From positions 522 to 64,521 of the forward strand of contig CAKZML010000082.1 in NCBI GenBank assembly GCA_937128475.1: a stretch of 64,000 nucleotides of DNA. The letters are read 5' to 3'. The stretch is from an uncultured Chromatiales bacterium. GTDB taxonomy: Bacteria; Pseudomonadota; Gammaproteobacteria; Steroidobacterales; BM003. Below, piece by piece: positions 32,146 through 43,907 of this stretch. The notes beneath the pieces were generated by a model that made no database searches, was not told the DNA's origin, and was given only the letters and a program-made list of their open reading frames with translations. The position numbers and the translations under genes were made by a program. Position 1 is the stretch's first letter. Each line of letters begins with the position of its first letter.

Positions 32146-32886
32146 CTAGTGCACGTCCTTCCAGTATTCCTTCTTCAGCGCATAGGCGAGGAGGAAAAAT
32201 ACCAACAAGAAGAACATAACCCAGATACCCAGTTGAACCCTCTTGAGCTTCACCGGCTCACCGATGTATTCAAGGAAGTTCACGATATCCAGGACAAAAG
32301 CATCGTATTCTTCGGCCGAGAGCTTGCCAGCACTGGCCAGCTCAAAGTGATCAAAGACTTCGTGCTCGTTACCGGCAGCATCTTTCTCGATACGATGCAC
32401 AACCCGCTGGGTACCCTGCAGTTCCCACAACACGTGGGGCATGCTGGCACCCGGCAATACCAGGTTATTCATACCAGTGCTCTTGCTACTGTCCTCATAG
32501 AAAGACAGCAGGAAGTTGTACAGCCAATCGGTTCCACGCGAACGGGCGATCAGTGACAAATCCGGCGGCGTCTGACCGAACCAGCGCTTGGCATCATCTG
32601 CCGGCATAGCTACCTTGATCGTGTCAAACGGACGCTCTGCAGCAAACATCAGATTATCCAGCACCTGGCTTTCGGTCAGGCCCAGGTCTTCAGCCAGGCG
32701 ATTGAACCGAACGTACTTGGCTGAATGACAACCAGAGCAATAATTCATGAAGTTCCGGGCACCGCGCTGCAAAGAGGGGGTGTTGGACACGTCCACGTCG
32801 GCAGTCTTCATTGAAGTACCGCCGGAGGATGCCATGCCGACCATGGGAACACTCAGCAACAAAACAATAAACAACCGCTTAAGCAT
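32146..32886 (-). CDS. petC: Cytochrome c1 of the bc1 complex
   Basis: 246 aa with a signal peptide, CSGCHS heme-binding motif and a C-terminal TM anchor. Overlaps the petB stop by 8 nt. Confidence 0.93.
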   Translation of the reverse strand: MLKRLFIVLLLSVPMVGMASSGGTSMKTADVDVSNTPSLQRGARNFMNYCSGCHSAKYVRFNRLAEDLGLTESQVLDNLMFAAERPFDTIKVAMPADDAKRWFGQTPPDLSLIARSRGTDWLYNFLLSFYEDSSKSTGMNNLVLPGASMPHVLWELQGTQRVVHRIEKDAAGNEHEVFDHFELASAGKLSAEEYDAFVLDIVNFLEYIGEPVKLKRVQLGIWVMFFLLVFFLLAYALKKEYWKDVH

Positions 32887-34123
32887 GGTAAGTCACCCTC
32901 TCAGGAACCGGCTTGGTCTTGTCTGCCACGGACAACCAGGGCAGAAGCAGGAAGAACGCAAAGTAGAAGAACGTGGCCACGCGAGCCAGGTTTGTGTACA
33001 GCTCCGTTGCAGGCTGCATACCAAGGTAACCCAGGGCAACAAAGGACACGGTGAACAGTGCCAGCGGAAGCTTGTACATCCAGCCGCGGTAACGGATAGA
33101 ACGCACCGGAGAGCGATCCAGCCAGGGCAGCAGGAACAGCATGATGATCGCGCCACCCATCATCAATACACCGCCCAGCTTGTCAGGTACGGCGCGCAAG
33201 ATGGCGTAGAACGGCGTGAAGTACCACACCGGAGCAATATGCTCGGGGGTCTTCATCGCGTTGGCCGGCTCAAAGTTGGCGTGTTCCAGGAAGTAACCGC
33301 CCATCTCTGGAGCAAAGAACACAACCCCGGCGAACGCCATCAGGAAGATCGCCAGTCCGACGGTATCCTTAACGGTGTAATAGGGGTGGAATGCAATGCC
33401 GTCCAGGGGCTTTCCATCGGGACCCTTCACATTCTTGATCTCGACACCGTCAGGGTTATTTGAACCCACTTCGTGCAAGGCCAGGATGTGGGCCACCACC
33501 AGGAATATAAGCACCAGCGGCAGGGCAATCACGTGCAGGGCAAAGAACCGGTTGAGCGTAATATCGGAGATGTAGAAATCACCCCGGATAAATTCGACAA
33601 GGCTGTCGCCAATCACCGGAATCGCACCGAACAGGGACACGATCACCTGGGCTCCCCAATAGGACATCTGTCCCCAGGGCAGCAGGTAACCCATGAACGC
33701 CTCACCCATCAACACCAGGTAGATGAGCATGCCGAAAATCCACAGCAGTTCCCTGGGCGGCTTGTACGAACCGTAAAGCAGGGCCCTGAACATGTGCAGG
33801 TAAACCACCACGAAGAACGCCGACGCACCGGTTGAGTGCATGTAGCGAATCAGCCAGCCCCACTGCACATCACGCATGATGTACTCAACAGACGCGAACG
33901 CATCTGCAGCAGAGGGCTTGTAGTTCATGGTCAGGAAAATACCGGTGACCAACTGGATTACCAGTACCACCAGTGACAGCACGCCAAACAAGTACCAAAA
34001 ATTAAAGTTCTTGGGAGCATAGTACTCAGCGGCATGCTCGTTGATCATCTTGGTCAGGGGGAAACGTGCATCCACCCAGGCCAGCAAGCGCGCACCAGCG
34101 CCCTGATTTTCAGATGAGTTCAT
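32879..34123 (-). CDS. petB: Cytochrome b of the bc1 complex
   Basis: 414 aa polytopic protein with conserved heme-ligand His pairs and PEWY-like region. TAATG junction with petA. Confidence 0.96.
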   Translation of the reverse strand: MNSSENQGAGARLLAWVDARFPLTKMINEHAAEYYAPKNFNFWYLFGVLSLVVLVIQLVTGIFLTMNYKPSAADAFASVEYIMRDVQWGWLIRYMHSTGASAFFVVVYLHMFRALLYGSYKPPRELLWIFGMLIYLVLMGEAFMGYLLPWGQMSYWGAQVIVSLFGAIPVIGDSLVEFIRGDFYISDITLNRFFALHVIALPLVLIFLVVAHILALHEVGSNNPDGVEIKNVKGPDGKPLDGIAFHPYYTVKDTVGLAIFLMAFAGVVFFAPEMGGYFLEHANFEPANAMKTPEHIAPVWYFTPFYAILRAVPDKLGGVLMMGGAIIMLFLLPWLDRSPVRSIRYRGWMYKLPLALFTVSFVALGYLGMQPATELYTNLARVATFFYFAFFLLLPWLSVADKTKPVPERVTYHA

Positions 34124-34716
34124 TACGCAACCCCCGCGTCGTCGCCAATCAGGATGAGGCTGTCATTGAGGAAACGGTATGGCGGAACTTTCAGGTTCAA
34201 GGGAGCAGGAACGCCCTTGTATACCCGGCCTGCCAGATCGAACTTTGAGCCGTGGCAGGGGCAGTAGAAGCCACCTTTCCACTCGGGCCCAAGATCAGCC
34301 GGGGCCACCTCGAAACGCTCGCCCGGTGAACAACCCAGGTGAGTACAGTTACCGATCACAACAAAGATCTCAGGCTTCAATGACCGGTACTGATTGGTCG
34401 CCCAACCAGGCTGCTGGGGTTGCGCGGACTCGGGGTCTCTCAGCGAAACCTCCACCTCCGGCAGACTCTGCATCATGGACTCGGAACGATATAGCACCCA
34501 CACCGCCTGGCCACGCCAACTGGCTCGGATCATTTCACCCGGCTGCAACTTGCTGATATCCACTTCAACCGGAGCTCCCAGGGCCTGTGCGCGTGCACTG
34601 GGCTTCCAGGAAGAAAGAAATGGAACTGCCGCGAAACCTGCGCCCACAGCGCCAGTCACGGTAGTAGCAACGGTCAAAAAGTGACGCCTGCTTTTGTCAA
34701 CGCCCTCACTCATCAA
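34123..34716 (-). CDS. petA: Rieske 2Fe-2S subunit of the bc1 complex
   Basis: 197 aa with Tat signal SRRHFL and CTHLGC / CPCHGS Rieske boxes. Confidence 0.96.
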   Translation of the reverse strand: MMSEGVDKSRRHFLTVATTVTGAVGAGFAAVPFLSSWKPSARAQALGAPVEVDISKLQPGEMIRASWRGQAVWVLYRSESMMQSLPEVEVSLRDPESAQPQQPGWATNQYRSLKPEIFVVIGNCTHLGCSPGERFEVAPADLGPEWKGGFYCPCHGSKFDLAGRVYKGVPAPLNLKVPPYRFLNDSLILIGDDAGVA

Positions 34717-34936
34717 GGAGTCTCCTGAATCTGGTACTTAACCCGATTGGGATAAATGAAACATTCGGATTATGCTTGCGTTGTCACGGGCTCACGCCTT
34801 GCGACACCGCACAGCAAACGAGACATTATACATGGCGCTTCGATTTTGCGGTAAGTTCTGACCAGAAATTAGGCCTAAAAGGCAGGCAAATGCTTACACC
34901 AGCAACGAAAAAGACCATTCTCCGTGAGGAGAAACA

Positions 34937-36016
34937 ATGAAAAGCATGAGACCGGGTGCCTTCCTGGCCCAATCTGCCGCCGTCGGACTGGCGGTCGCAT
35001 TTGTCGTTCTGTACTTCTTCCCGGACCAGGTGCTCAACCTAGGCCCGTCCGCTGGCGGCGCACCCAGCTCTTACGCCCAGGCGGTCCAGGCTGCTGCCCC
35101 GGCCGTGGTGAATATTTATTCTTTCAGAAAACTGGAATCCAACGGCGCGGACGAAACGGGAACAGAACCCACCCTGACCAGTAGCCTGGGATCAGGGGTG
35201 ATCGTAGACAAGGCTGGTTACATTTTAACCAATCACCATGTAATTGATGGCGCCGAAAGAATAAGCGTGCAGCTGTCCGACGGACGAGCACTGACTCCAG
35301 AAGTCATCGGCACCGACCGCCCCACAGACCTGGCGCTGCTCAAGATTCCCCTGGAAAACCTGCCGGTTATCACCCTGGGTCGCTCCGACACCCTGCAGAT
35401 CGGCGACGTGGTGCTTGCCATCGGCAACCCTTACGGACTGGGCCAGACTGTCACCCAGGGAATCGTAAGCGCAACGGGTCGCTGGCAACTTGGCCTGACC
35501 CTGATCGGGGATTTCATCCAGACGGACGCGGCCATTAATGTGGGTAACTCCGGGGGAGCGTTGATTAATTCCCAGGGCGAACTGATCGGAATCAACATTG
35601 CCACCCTTGAGCCAGAACTGGCCCTGGAACGGCGGTTACCCGAAGGCATCGGGTTCGCCATACCCGTGAACCTGGCCCGGGGCGTCATGGAGGAACTCAA
35701 GACTCGTGGCCGAGTGGTTCGAGGCTGGCTTGGAGTAGAAGCTATAGACCTCACCCCGGTCCGTGCTCGTGAGCTCGGGCTCTCTCAAACCGGTGGTATA
35801 GAGGTACGCCGCGTCTACCCGAACAGCCCGGCAATGACCGTCGGCCTGCAAGCAGAGGACGTGATTAACGAGATCAACGGACAGGTGATCCTGGTTCGAC
35901 AAAGCGCGGTAAATATCGTTGCCGGGCTTCAGCCGGGCAACGCAGTGGAACTGGCAGGGATACGGGCCGGCAAACCATTTCGTGCCAGCGCCACCTTGAT
36001 TGAGCGAGAAGAATAA
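34937..36016 (+). CDS. degS: Membrane-anchored S1C serine protease with one PDZ domain (DegS/AlgW-like)
   Basis: 359 aa with an N-terminal TM, catalytic HVIDGA / DLALLK / GNSGGAL triad motifs, and a single C-terminal PDZ. Confidence 0.82.
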   Translation: MKSMRPGAFLAQSAAVGLAVAFVVLYFFPDQVLNLGPSAGGAPSSYAQAVQAAAPAVVNIYSFRKLESNGADETGTEPTLTSSLGSGVIVDKAGYILTNHHVIDGAERISVQLSDGRALTPEVIGTDRPTDLALLKIPLENLPVITLGRSDTLQIGDVVLAIGNPYGLGQTVTQGIVSATGRWQLGLTLIGDFIQTDAAINVGNSGGALINSQGELIGINIATLEPELALERRLPEGIGFAIPVNLARGVMEELKTRGRVVRGWLGVEAIDLTPVRARELGLSQTGGIEVRRVYPNSPAMTVGLQAEDVINEINGQVILVRQSAVNIVAGLQPGNAVELAGIRAGKPFRASATLIEREE

Positions 36017-36021
36017 GGCGG

Positions 36022-37284
<1,263 letters not shown>

Positions 37285-37297
37285 TTAATTATCCGGT

Positions 37298-37540
37298 TCA
37301 GGATCCTTGGGTCGCCCACTCTTCTGGAGTCAGCGCCTGGATCGACATGGCATGAATTTCACGGCCCATAAGGGCTCCAAGGGTCCCGTAGATCATTTGG
37401 TGCCTGCGTATCCGGCTTTGGCCGGCAAATTCCTCGCTGATCACCAGGGCCTCAAAATGCGTGCTGTCTTCGCTAAGCACCTTCACCTGGGCGCAGCTCA
37501 GGCCACCATTAATCAAGGCTTCGATATCGTCACACTGCAT
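37298..37540 (-). CDS. ibaG: BolA-family protein IbaG (YrbA)
   Basis: 80 aa BolA fold (DSTHFEALVISEEFAG...RHQMIY). Lies immediately upstream of murA. Confidence 0.85.
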   Translation of the reverse strand: MQCDDIEALINGGLSCAQVKVLSEDSTHFEALVISEEFAGQSRIRRHQMIYGTLGALMGREIHAMSIQALTPEEWATQGS

Positions 37541-37815
37541 TTTGCTCTCCGTCGTACTCGGGCATCAACGCCCCGGGACTGCCAATCGGGAGCGGGATTG
37601 TATCTAAAATTCGGCACCTCCGTGGATCCTTGTTATTAAAAGGCTCTCACTGATTCCCCGCTCTAGCGTGTATGATTCTCAGGAATAGACAAAAACAAGC
37701 CTTATTTGAAGCGCCTATAAAGACTGATGAAAAGACAACGCAGAACCAATCTCAACTTTCTTCCAGCCGGAAACCACTGCCCTGAGCCAGGCAGATTTCA
37801 GGGGGGTGCGCAGAA

Positions 37816-38781
37816 GTGCTGATCTTTGCTACTGCCACACTGGCCGGGTTTCTGCTGCTGGTGTGGGGCGCAGATCGTTTCGTGCTTGGTGCAGGCGCCG
37901 CGGCCCGCAACCTGGGCGTCTCCCCATTGATGATTGGCCTGACCATCGTTAGTTTCGCCACTTCCCTTCCGGAGGTGCTGGTATCGGTAACCGCATCGTT
38001 GCAAGCCTCACCCGGCCTGGCTATTGGTAACGCGATTGGTTCTAACATCGCGAATATCGGATTGGTCCTTGGGGTCACCGCCATGGTGTGTCCGATACAC
38101 CTGGAATCAGCCACCCTGCGCCGGGAAATTCCCGCCCTGCTGGCAGTCACCCTGCTGGCAGCCATGCTGTGCATGGATGGATTCCTGGGGCGCGTGGACG
38201 GCTATGTATTGATCGGCAGCCTTGGCTTGCTGATGCTCTGGATCGTCAAACTTGGATTTCTCTCCGCGGCCACTGACCCGATCCGCCAGGAGTTTGAAGA
38301 AGAAATTCCCACCGATGTATCCATGAAGGCCGCCATTGGCTGGCTCATCATTGGCTTGGTGATACTACTGCTGGGTGCCAACACGCTGGTCTGGGGCGCC
38401 GAGGAAATCGCCCGGGCAGTCGGCATCAGCGATGTAATCATCGGCCTGACTATCGTCGCCGTCGGAACCAGCCTCCCGGAGTTGGCGGTTACCGTGGTCA
38501 GCGCGATGAAGAACGAGCATGGCCTGGCTATTGGTAACGTGATCGGTTCCAACATGTTCAATACCCTGGCAGTGCTGGGGCCCGCTGCAATCATCTACCC
38601 AATCGCGCTGCAGCCCAAGGTCATGACCCTCCATCTTCCTACGATGATTGGAGCGACCCTGTTGATGTTTACCCTGACCTATGACTTCAGCGGACGCGGC
38701 AAGATTAACCGGGCTGAAGGACTTGGCCTGGTGGCCGCGTTCGCCGCCTATCACTACTACACATTCAACTTCACGCTGTAA
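37816..38781 (+). CDS. yrbG: CaCA-family Na+/Ca2+ antiporter YrbG
   Basis: 321 aa, about 10 TM segments, two alpha-repeat motifs GNAIGSNIANIGLVLG and GNVIGSNMFNTLAVLG. GTG start. Upstream of kdsD. Confidence 0.88.
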   Translation: MLIFATATLAGFLLLVWGADRFVLGAGAAARNLGVSPLMIGLTIVSFATSLPEVLVSVTASLQASPGLAIGNAIGSNIANIGLVLGVTAMVCPIHLESATLRREIPALLAVTLLAAMLCMDGFLGRVDGYVLIGSLGLLMLWIVKLGFLSAATDPIRQEFEEEIPTDVSMKAAIGWLIIGLVILLLGANTLVWGAEEIARAVGISDVIIGLTIVAVGTSLPELAVTVVSAMKNEHGLAIGNVIGSNMFNTLAVLGPAAIIYPIALQPKVMTLHLPTMIGATLLMFTLTYDFSGRGKINRAEGLGLVAAFAAYHYYTFNFTL

Positions 38782-38836
38782 TCCGGGCAACCGGGAAAGC
38801 GAATTAATCAGGACCCCGTGATTCCGGGTGTAACCA

Positions 38837-39817
38837 ATGCCTATAAAAGACCAAGATCGAATCAAGTCACTTGCCCGCAACGTGCTGGAAACCGAAGCCC
38901 GTGCGGTGACCGTTTTAATGGACCGGATTGACGACCAGTTTGTCCGGGCCTGCGAGATCTGCCTGGAATGCCAGGGCAGGATCGTGGTGATCGGCATGGG
39001 AAAGTCAGGACACATCGGAAGCAAGATCGCCGCAACCCTGGCCAGTACCGGCAGCCCCGCGTTTTTCGTACACCCGGGGGAAGCCAGCCACGGCGACCTG
39101 GGAATGATTACCGTCCCGGATGTGGTGTTGGCCATTTCCAACTCAGGTGAAACCGCCGAATTGATAACCATCCTGCCGGTGATCAAGCGCCTGGGCGTGA
39201 AACTGATCAGTATGACGGGCAAGCCCGGCTCGACCCTGTCCCAGGCCGCAGATGTAAACCTGGATGTCAGTGTGGCCGAAGAAGCCTGCCCCCTGAATCT
39301 CGCCCCTACCGCCAGCACCACCGCGACCCTGGCCCTGGGCGATGCCCTGGCGGTTGCACTCCTGGAAGCACGCGGATTCACCGAAGAGGACTTCGCCCGC
39401 TCCCATCCCAGCGGAACCCTGGGGCGGCGCCTGTTGCTGCGGGTGGAAGACCTGATGCATGGAGGCGACCAGATTCCGCGCATCGAAGCCGACAAGCCCC
39501 TGAGCGAGGGCCTGCTTGAAATGAGCAGGAAAGGCCTGGGCATGACCACGGTTTTCGGCGACAACAATCACTTTGAAGGCGTGTTCACCGATGGTGACCT
39601 TCGCCGTGCCATTGATGACTCCCTTGATTTACGCACCACCGCGATGCGGGATGTAATGACCCCTCGCGGCTACACCATCGCGCCAGAATCACTGGCTGCC
39701 GAGGCGGTGCGGATGATGCAAACCCACAAGATCACCTCCCTGCTGGTCATTGGAGAGACGGATGAACTGGTTGGCGTACTGCACATTCATGACCTGCTGC
39801 GCGCCGGGGTGATGTAA
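38837..39817 (+). CDS. kdsD: Arabinose-5-phosphate isomerase KdsD
   Basis: 326 aa with a SIS domain (GMGKSGHIGSKIAATLASTGSPAFFVHPGEASHGDLG) plus tandem CBS domains. Confidence 0.95.
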   Translation: MPIKDQDRIKSLARNVLETEARAVTVLMDRIDDQFVRACEICLECQGRIVVIGMGKSGHIGSKIAATLASTGSPAFFVHPGEASHGDLGMITVPDVVLAISNSGETAELITILPVIKRLGVKLISMTGKPGSTLSQAADVNLDVSVAEEACPLNLAPTASTTATLALGDALAVALLEARGFTEEDFARSHPSGTLGRRLLLRVEDLMHGGDQIPRIEADKPLSEGLLEMSRKGLGMTTVFGDNNHFEGVFTDGDLRRAIDDSLDLRTTAMRDVMTPRGYTIAPESLAAEAVRMMQTHKITSLLVIGETDELVGVLHIHDLLRAGVM

Positions 39818-39923
39818 AAGCCGTCCTGGCGCACAGCCGGGACACGCAGGCCAGCCAGGGGCTAAACTACCCGGACTTGTCCCGCATTCGGGACCACGCC
39901 CGCCCAGACCAAGGAAACACAGC

Positions 39924-40415
39924 ATGCCGCAAATCTCTGTCCCCTCTTCTGTCGCCCTGGTGGTTTTCGACGTGGACGGGGTATTCACTGACGGGCGCAT
40001 TCTCATCGGCCCCCAGGGAGAGGAATACAAAACCTTCCATACCCGGGACGGTCATGGTGTAAAACAACTGCTGGCCAGCGGCCGCCAGGTAGCCATTATT
40101 TCCGGAAGAAATGCACCCGCGGTGGATCACCGTATGGCTGAGCTGGGCGTCGAGCATGTATTCCAGGGATGCAAGGACAAGCTGCCGGTACTCACGGCAC
40201 TGCTGAAAAAACTCGATATTTCACTGGAAAACGTCGCCTACATGGGTGACGACCTGCCGGACCTGGAAGTTATGCAGAACGTTGGACTGCCTGTAACGGT
40301 GTCTGACGGGGCGCCGGAAATTTGCGCCACCGCAAGCATCGTCACCCGGGCAGCCGGGGGTCACGGCGCGGTACGCGAGTTCTGCGACATGCTCCTGAAC
40401 GAGAAAGACCAGTAA
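39924..40415 (+). CDS. kdsC: KDO-8-phosphate phosphatase KdsC (HAD)
   Basis: 163 aa with DVDGVFTDG motif I and YMGDDLPD motif. Confidence 0.92.
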   Translation: MPQISVPSSVALVVFDVDGVFTDGRILIGPQGEEYKTFHTRDGHGVKQLLASGRQVAIISGRNAPAVDHRMAELGVEHVFQGCKDKLPVLTALLKKLDISLENVAYMGDDLPDLEVMQNVGLPVTVSDGAPEICATASIVTRAAGGHGAVREFCDMLLNEKDQ

Positions 40416-40417
40416 GC

Positions 40418-40972
40418 ATGCGCAACCTGTTTTACGTCATTGTTCTGAGTTTTGCGGTAGCCGCGAGTTGGTGGCTGGCCCGCAGCCTGTCCAAAGAAGA
40501 AGAGGGCATTTCGGGCCGCGACCTCAAGGAACCGAAGCGGGGCTTTTATCTGCGCGACGCCGTACTCCATGGCACCCGGGAGGATGGCTCGCCGGATTAC
40601 ATCTTGAAAGCCGAACGTATCGACCAGAATCTTTCACAACACAGCTTCGACGCCACGGTCATCGACCTGACCTTGAACGACGAGGGCGGCCCGCCCTGGC
40701 TGGTCAAGGCAGATTCGGGAACCATTCCCGCCGACCAAAGCTATATCCAGCTCAACGGCGGAGTCAGGGCGGTTCGCGACCAGCCAGACCCGACGTTCAG
40801 CCTGGAATCTCAAAGCATGCGCTTACTTACCGAAGAAAAAGTGGCCGAAACCAGCGACCTGGTCATTATTCGCTTTGGCGAGCAAGAACTGACAGCGGTT
40901 GGAATGCGTGCGTATTTCAATGAAGACAGGGTCGAACTACAATCAAAGGTACATGGCAATTTCACTCCGTAA
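40418..40972 (+). CDS. lptC: LPS export protein LptC
   Basis: ORF 40322-40972 trimmed to ATG 40418 (MRNLFYVIVLSFAVAASWWL TM anchor). kdsC-lptC-lptA-lptB order. Confidence 0.85.
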   Translation: MRNLFYVIVLSFAVAASWWLARSLSKEEEGISGRDLKEPKRGFYLRDAVLHGTREDGSPDYILKAERIDQNLSQHSFDATVIDLTLNDEGGPPWLVKADSGTIPADQSYIQLNGGVRAVRDQPDPTFSLESQSMRLLTEEKVAETSDLVIIRFGEQELTAVGMRAYFNEDRVELQSKVHGNFTP

Positions 40973-41639
40973 TCTGACAATAACAGCCGCCTTGCTGCTG
41001 GCAGCCTTGAGTTCGGCGCCTGCATGGGCTGTGCTGGGCGACTCCCGGCTGCCCATCGAACTGGATGCCGATTCCTCCGATATCGATCGCCGCAACGACC
41101 GGCTGATTTTTCGTGGTGTGAGTATTTCCCAGGGCGACCTGGGAATCGAGGCCGAGGAAGCGGTTGCCTCCACCCTGGATTTTGCCAACAGCGAGTGGGA
41201 GTTCACCGGCAAGGTCAAGATCCGCATGAGCAACTCCAGCATCATGGCCGACAAGGCGATCATGACATTCTCCGGCTATCGCCTGCTGTCAGCGGTCATC
41301 CACGGCCAACCCGCTAAATTCCGCCAGGTCGAGACTGACCAGAGCATCACCGAGGGACAGGGCCGCTTACTGGAGTACGAGGCCGACAACGGCATCCTTC
41401 GCCTGTCTGATAAAGCGTCACTGAGCCAGTCGGGCAAGCAAATCCAGGGCAACATTCTCACCTACAGCATCAACGAGGAACGGGTGATCGCCAGTTCCAG
41501 CGATGCAACAGGGGAGCGGGTACGCATAGTGATCACCCCCGATGGTCTTGAACAACTCTCTGAGAAAACCCCGCCTCCGGCTGACACCCCAGACGTCCCC
41601 GAGGAAGAAAAGGACCCGGAGACACCTGAGCAGCCATGA
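40953..41639 (+). CDS. lptA: Periplasmic LPS transport protein LptA
   Basis: ORF trimmed to ATG 40953 with signal peptide ...LSSAPAWA and an OstA-like beta-jellyroll region. 4-nt overlap with the lptB start. Confidence 0.88.
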   Translation: MAISLRNLTITAALLLAALSSAPAWAVLGDSRLPIELDADSSDIDRRNDRLIFRGVSISQGDLGIEAEEAVASTLDFANSEWEFTGKVKIRMSNSSIMADKAIMTFSGYRLLSAVIHGQPAKFRQVETDQSITEGQGRLLEYEADNGILRLSDKASLSQSGKQIQGNILTYSINEERVIASSSDATGERVRIVITPDGLEQLSEKTPPPADTPDVPEEEKDPETPEQP

Positions 41640-42361
41640 GTACCCTGAAAGTTACAGATATCGCAAAACGTTTCGGCGCACGACAAGTAGTGAAAAGCGT
41701 GTCGCTGGAGCTGAAAAGTGGCGAGGTGGTCGGACTGCTGGGCCCGAACGGGGCCGGAAAGACCACGGCTTTTTACATGATTGTTGGCCTCATTCCTTGC
41801 GACCGCGGAACAATAAAACTGGACGATGCCGACCTGACCAATCTGCCGATGCATCGACGCGCTCGCCTGGGCCTGGGCTACCTGCCCCAGGAAGCATCGG
41901 TTTTCCGCAGCATGACGGTAGCCAACAACATCATGGCTATTCTTGAAACCCGACCGGGCCTGGACCAGGCCGAACGGGAACGCAGGCTGGAAGAGTTGAT
42001 GGAAGAGTTACATATCGGCCATTTGCGGAACAGCCAGGGCATCGCCCTGTCCGGCGGCGAGAGACGACGGGTGGAAATTGCCCGGGCACTGGCCGCTGAC
42101 CCCCAGTTTGTCCTGCTGGACGAGCCATTTGCTGGCGTGGACCCGATTTCAGTCATAGATATTCAGCGCATCATTCACCATCTGACCGAACGTAAGATTG
42201 GCGTTCTCATTACCGACCATAACGTCAGGGAAACATTGGGTATTTGCGAACATGCCTACATTCTCAGCGATGGCAACGTGATCGCCGAAGGCAAACCCGA
42301 GGAAATTGTCGCAAATCGCAGCGTACGAGAAGTCTACCTGGGCGAGGATTTCCAGCTCTAG
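41636..42361 (+). CDS. lptB: LPS export ABC ATPase LptB
   Basis: 241 aa with GPNGAGKTT Walker [16 protein letters not shown] signature and [10 protein letters not shown] Walker B. Confidence 0.96.
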   Translation: MSTLKVTDIAKRFGARQVVKSVSLELKSGEVVGLLGPNGAGKTTAFYMIVGLIPCDRGTIKLDDADLTNLPMHRRARLGLGYLPQEASVFRSMTVANNIMAILETRPGLDQAERERRLEELMEELHIGHLRNSQGIALSGGERRRVEIARALAADPQFVLLDEPFAGVDPISVIDIQRIIHHLTERKIGVLITDHNVRETLGICEHAYILSDGNVIAEGKPEEIVANRSVREVYLGEDFQL

Positions 42362-42459
42362 ACGCGAGCCTGGGAGGCTGGAAGTTGCACTAGCTAGTAA
42401 ACAGGGGTACACCAACTAGTGATGACCCGCAAAACGCAAAAGACACACTGGAGTAGTTC

Positions 42460-43890
42460 TTGCTGAAGCCCAGCCTGCAACTAAAGCTTGGCCAGCAACT
42501 GACCATGACCCCCCAACTGCAGCAGGCAATACGCCTGTTGCAACTGCCTGTCATGGATTTACAGACTCATCTCCAGGAAGCACTGGAAACCAACGTCATG
42601 TTGGACGTTGAGGAGCCTGCCGGCGAGACCACGGTCGATGAAAACCCCACCAATGAACAAGTAGAGGAAACACCGACGGCGGAGCAAGACTTCAATGAAG
42701 TCGAAGCCAACTGGAACGACCGTAGCGTGACCGCCTCGACGGACTCAGGCTACAACCCGGGTGAGCCTCGACCCAACCGGGAGCTCGAAGACCTGACCGC
42801 CGATAACTTGAGAGACCATCTTCTTTGGCAGCTGGAAATGGAACCGCTGGGTCCGAACAAGGACCTGATGGGCCAGGCCATCATCGACGCCATTAATGAC
42901 GATGGTTACCTGGTAGACAGCCTGGAGGACATCCGCGAAACGCTGCTCCCCGACCTGGACGCCAGCGTGGATGAACTGGAAGCCGTGTTGATGCTGATTC
43001 AGAAGTTTGATCCCAGCGGCATCGCGGCCCGTGACTTGAGCGAATCGATCTGTCTGCAGTTAGACCAACTTGAGGAAACCACCCCCGGTCTTGCGCTAGC
43101 TCAGCTCATCGCCGGCGAGAACCTGGACCTTGTTGCAGAGCAGCAATTTACTGCTCTGAGACGCAAGCTGCACTGCGACGACGAGGAGCTGGATCATGCA
43201 ATTGCGCTGGTTCGAGCCTGCCACCCCCGCCCGGGATCAACCATTGGAGGTGGCAGTGCCGAGTACGTTATTCCTGATGTGTATGTAAGGAAAATTGACA
43301 ACCGGTGGGCAGTAGAGGTCAACTCTTCAGTAGCCCCACGACTATGCGTCAATTCGACCTACGCTGGCGCCATAGGACGCGGTACTGATCACACAGTGCT
43401 GAGGACGCAATTGCAAGAAGCACGCTGGCTGGTACGCAGTCTCGAAATCAGGGATGAAACCCTGATTAAAGTGGCGAGCTGTATTGTGCAAAAACAGCAC
43501 GAGTTTCTGGATCATGGCGATGTCGCCATGCGCCCCCTTGTACTTCGTGAGGTAGCCGATGAAGTGGGAATGCATGAATCAACTATTTCCCGCGTAAGCG
43601 CTAACAAGTACATGCATACCCCCAGGGGTATTTTCGAATTTAGATTTTTCTTTTCCAGTCATGTCTCAGGGGATGACGGCAGCGAGCATTCCGCGGTGGA
43701 GGTTCGCGCGCGAATCAAGCAATTGATTGGACAGGAAACCCCCAAGAAGCCATTGAGCGACAACAAGATCGCAAAGGCTCTCTCCGAGGACGGCATCCAG
43801 GTTGCACGGCGAACAGTCGCCAAGTACCGGGAAGCCATGTCCATCCCGCCATCAAGCGAACGCAAGCGGCTGGCAAGCTGCTCGCAATAA
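42460..43890 (+). CDS. rpoN: RNA polymerase sigma-54 factor
   Basis: 476 aa. TTG start 6 nt after GGAG. N-terminus LQLKLGQQLTMTPQLQQAIRLLQL and RpoN box ARRTVAKYR. Confidence 0.97.
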   Translation: MLKPSLQLKLGQQLTMTPQLQQAIRLLQLPVMDLQTHLQEALETNVMLDVEEPAGETTVDENPTNEQVEETPTAEQDFNEVEANWNDRSVTASTDSGYNPGEPRPNRELEDLTADNLRDHLLWQLEMEPLGPNKDLMGQAIIDAINDDGYLVDSLEDIRETLLPDLDASVDELEAVLMLIQKFDPSGIAARDLSESICLQLDQLEETTPGLALAQLIAGENLDLVAEQQFTALRRKLHCDDEELDHAIALVRACHPRPGSTIGGGSAEYVIPDVYVRKIDNRWAVEVNSSVAPRLCVNSTYAGAIGRGTDHTVLRTQLQEARWLVRSLEIRDETLIKVASCIVQKQHEFLDHGDVAMRPLVLREVADEVGMHESTISRVSANKYMHTPRGIFEFRFFFSSHVSGDDGSEHSAVEVRARIKQLIGQETPKKPLSDNKIAKALSEDGIQVARRTVAKYREAMSIPPSSERKRLASCSQ

Positions 43891-43907
43891 CCGCTAAGGA
43901 GAAAGTA

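Noticed and set aside
38365-39567. 400-aa minus-strand ORF antisense to the yrbG 3' end and most of kdsD
   Set aside because: The translation is Arg/Ser/Pro-rich, low-complexity and has no recognisable motif, while the opposite strand encodes full-length KdsD with SIS and CBS motifs. This is a typical shadow ORF of GC-rich DNA.
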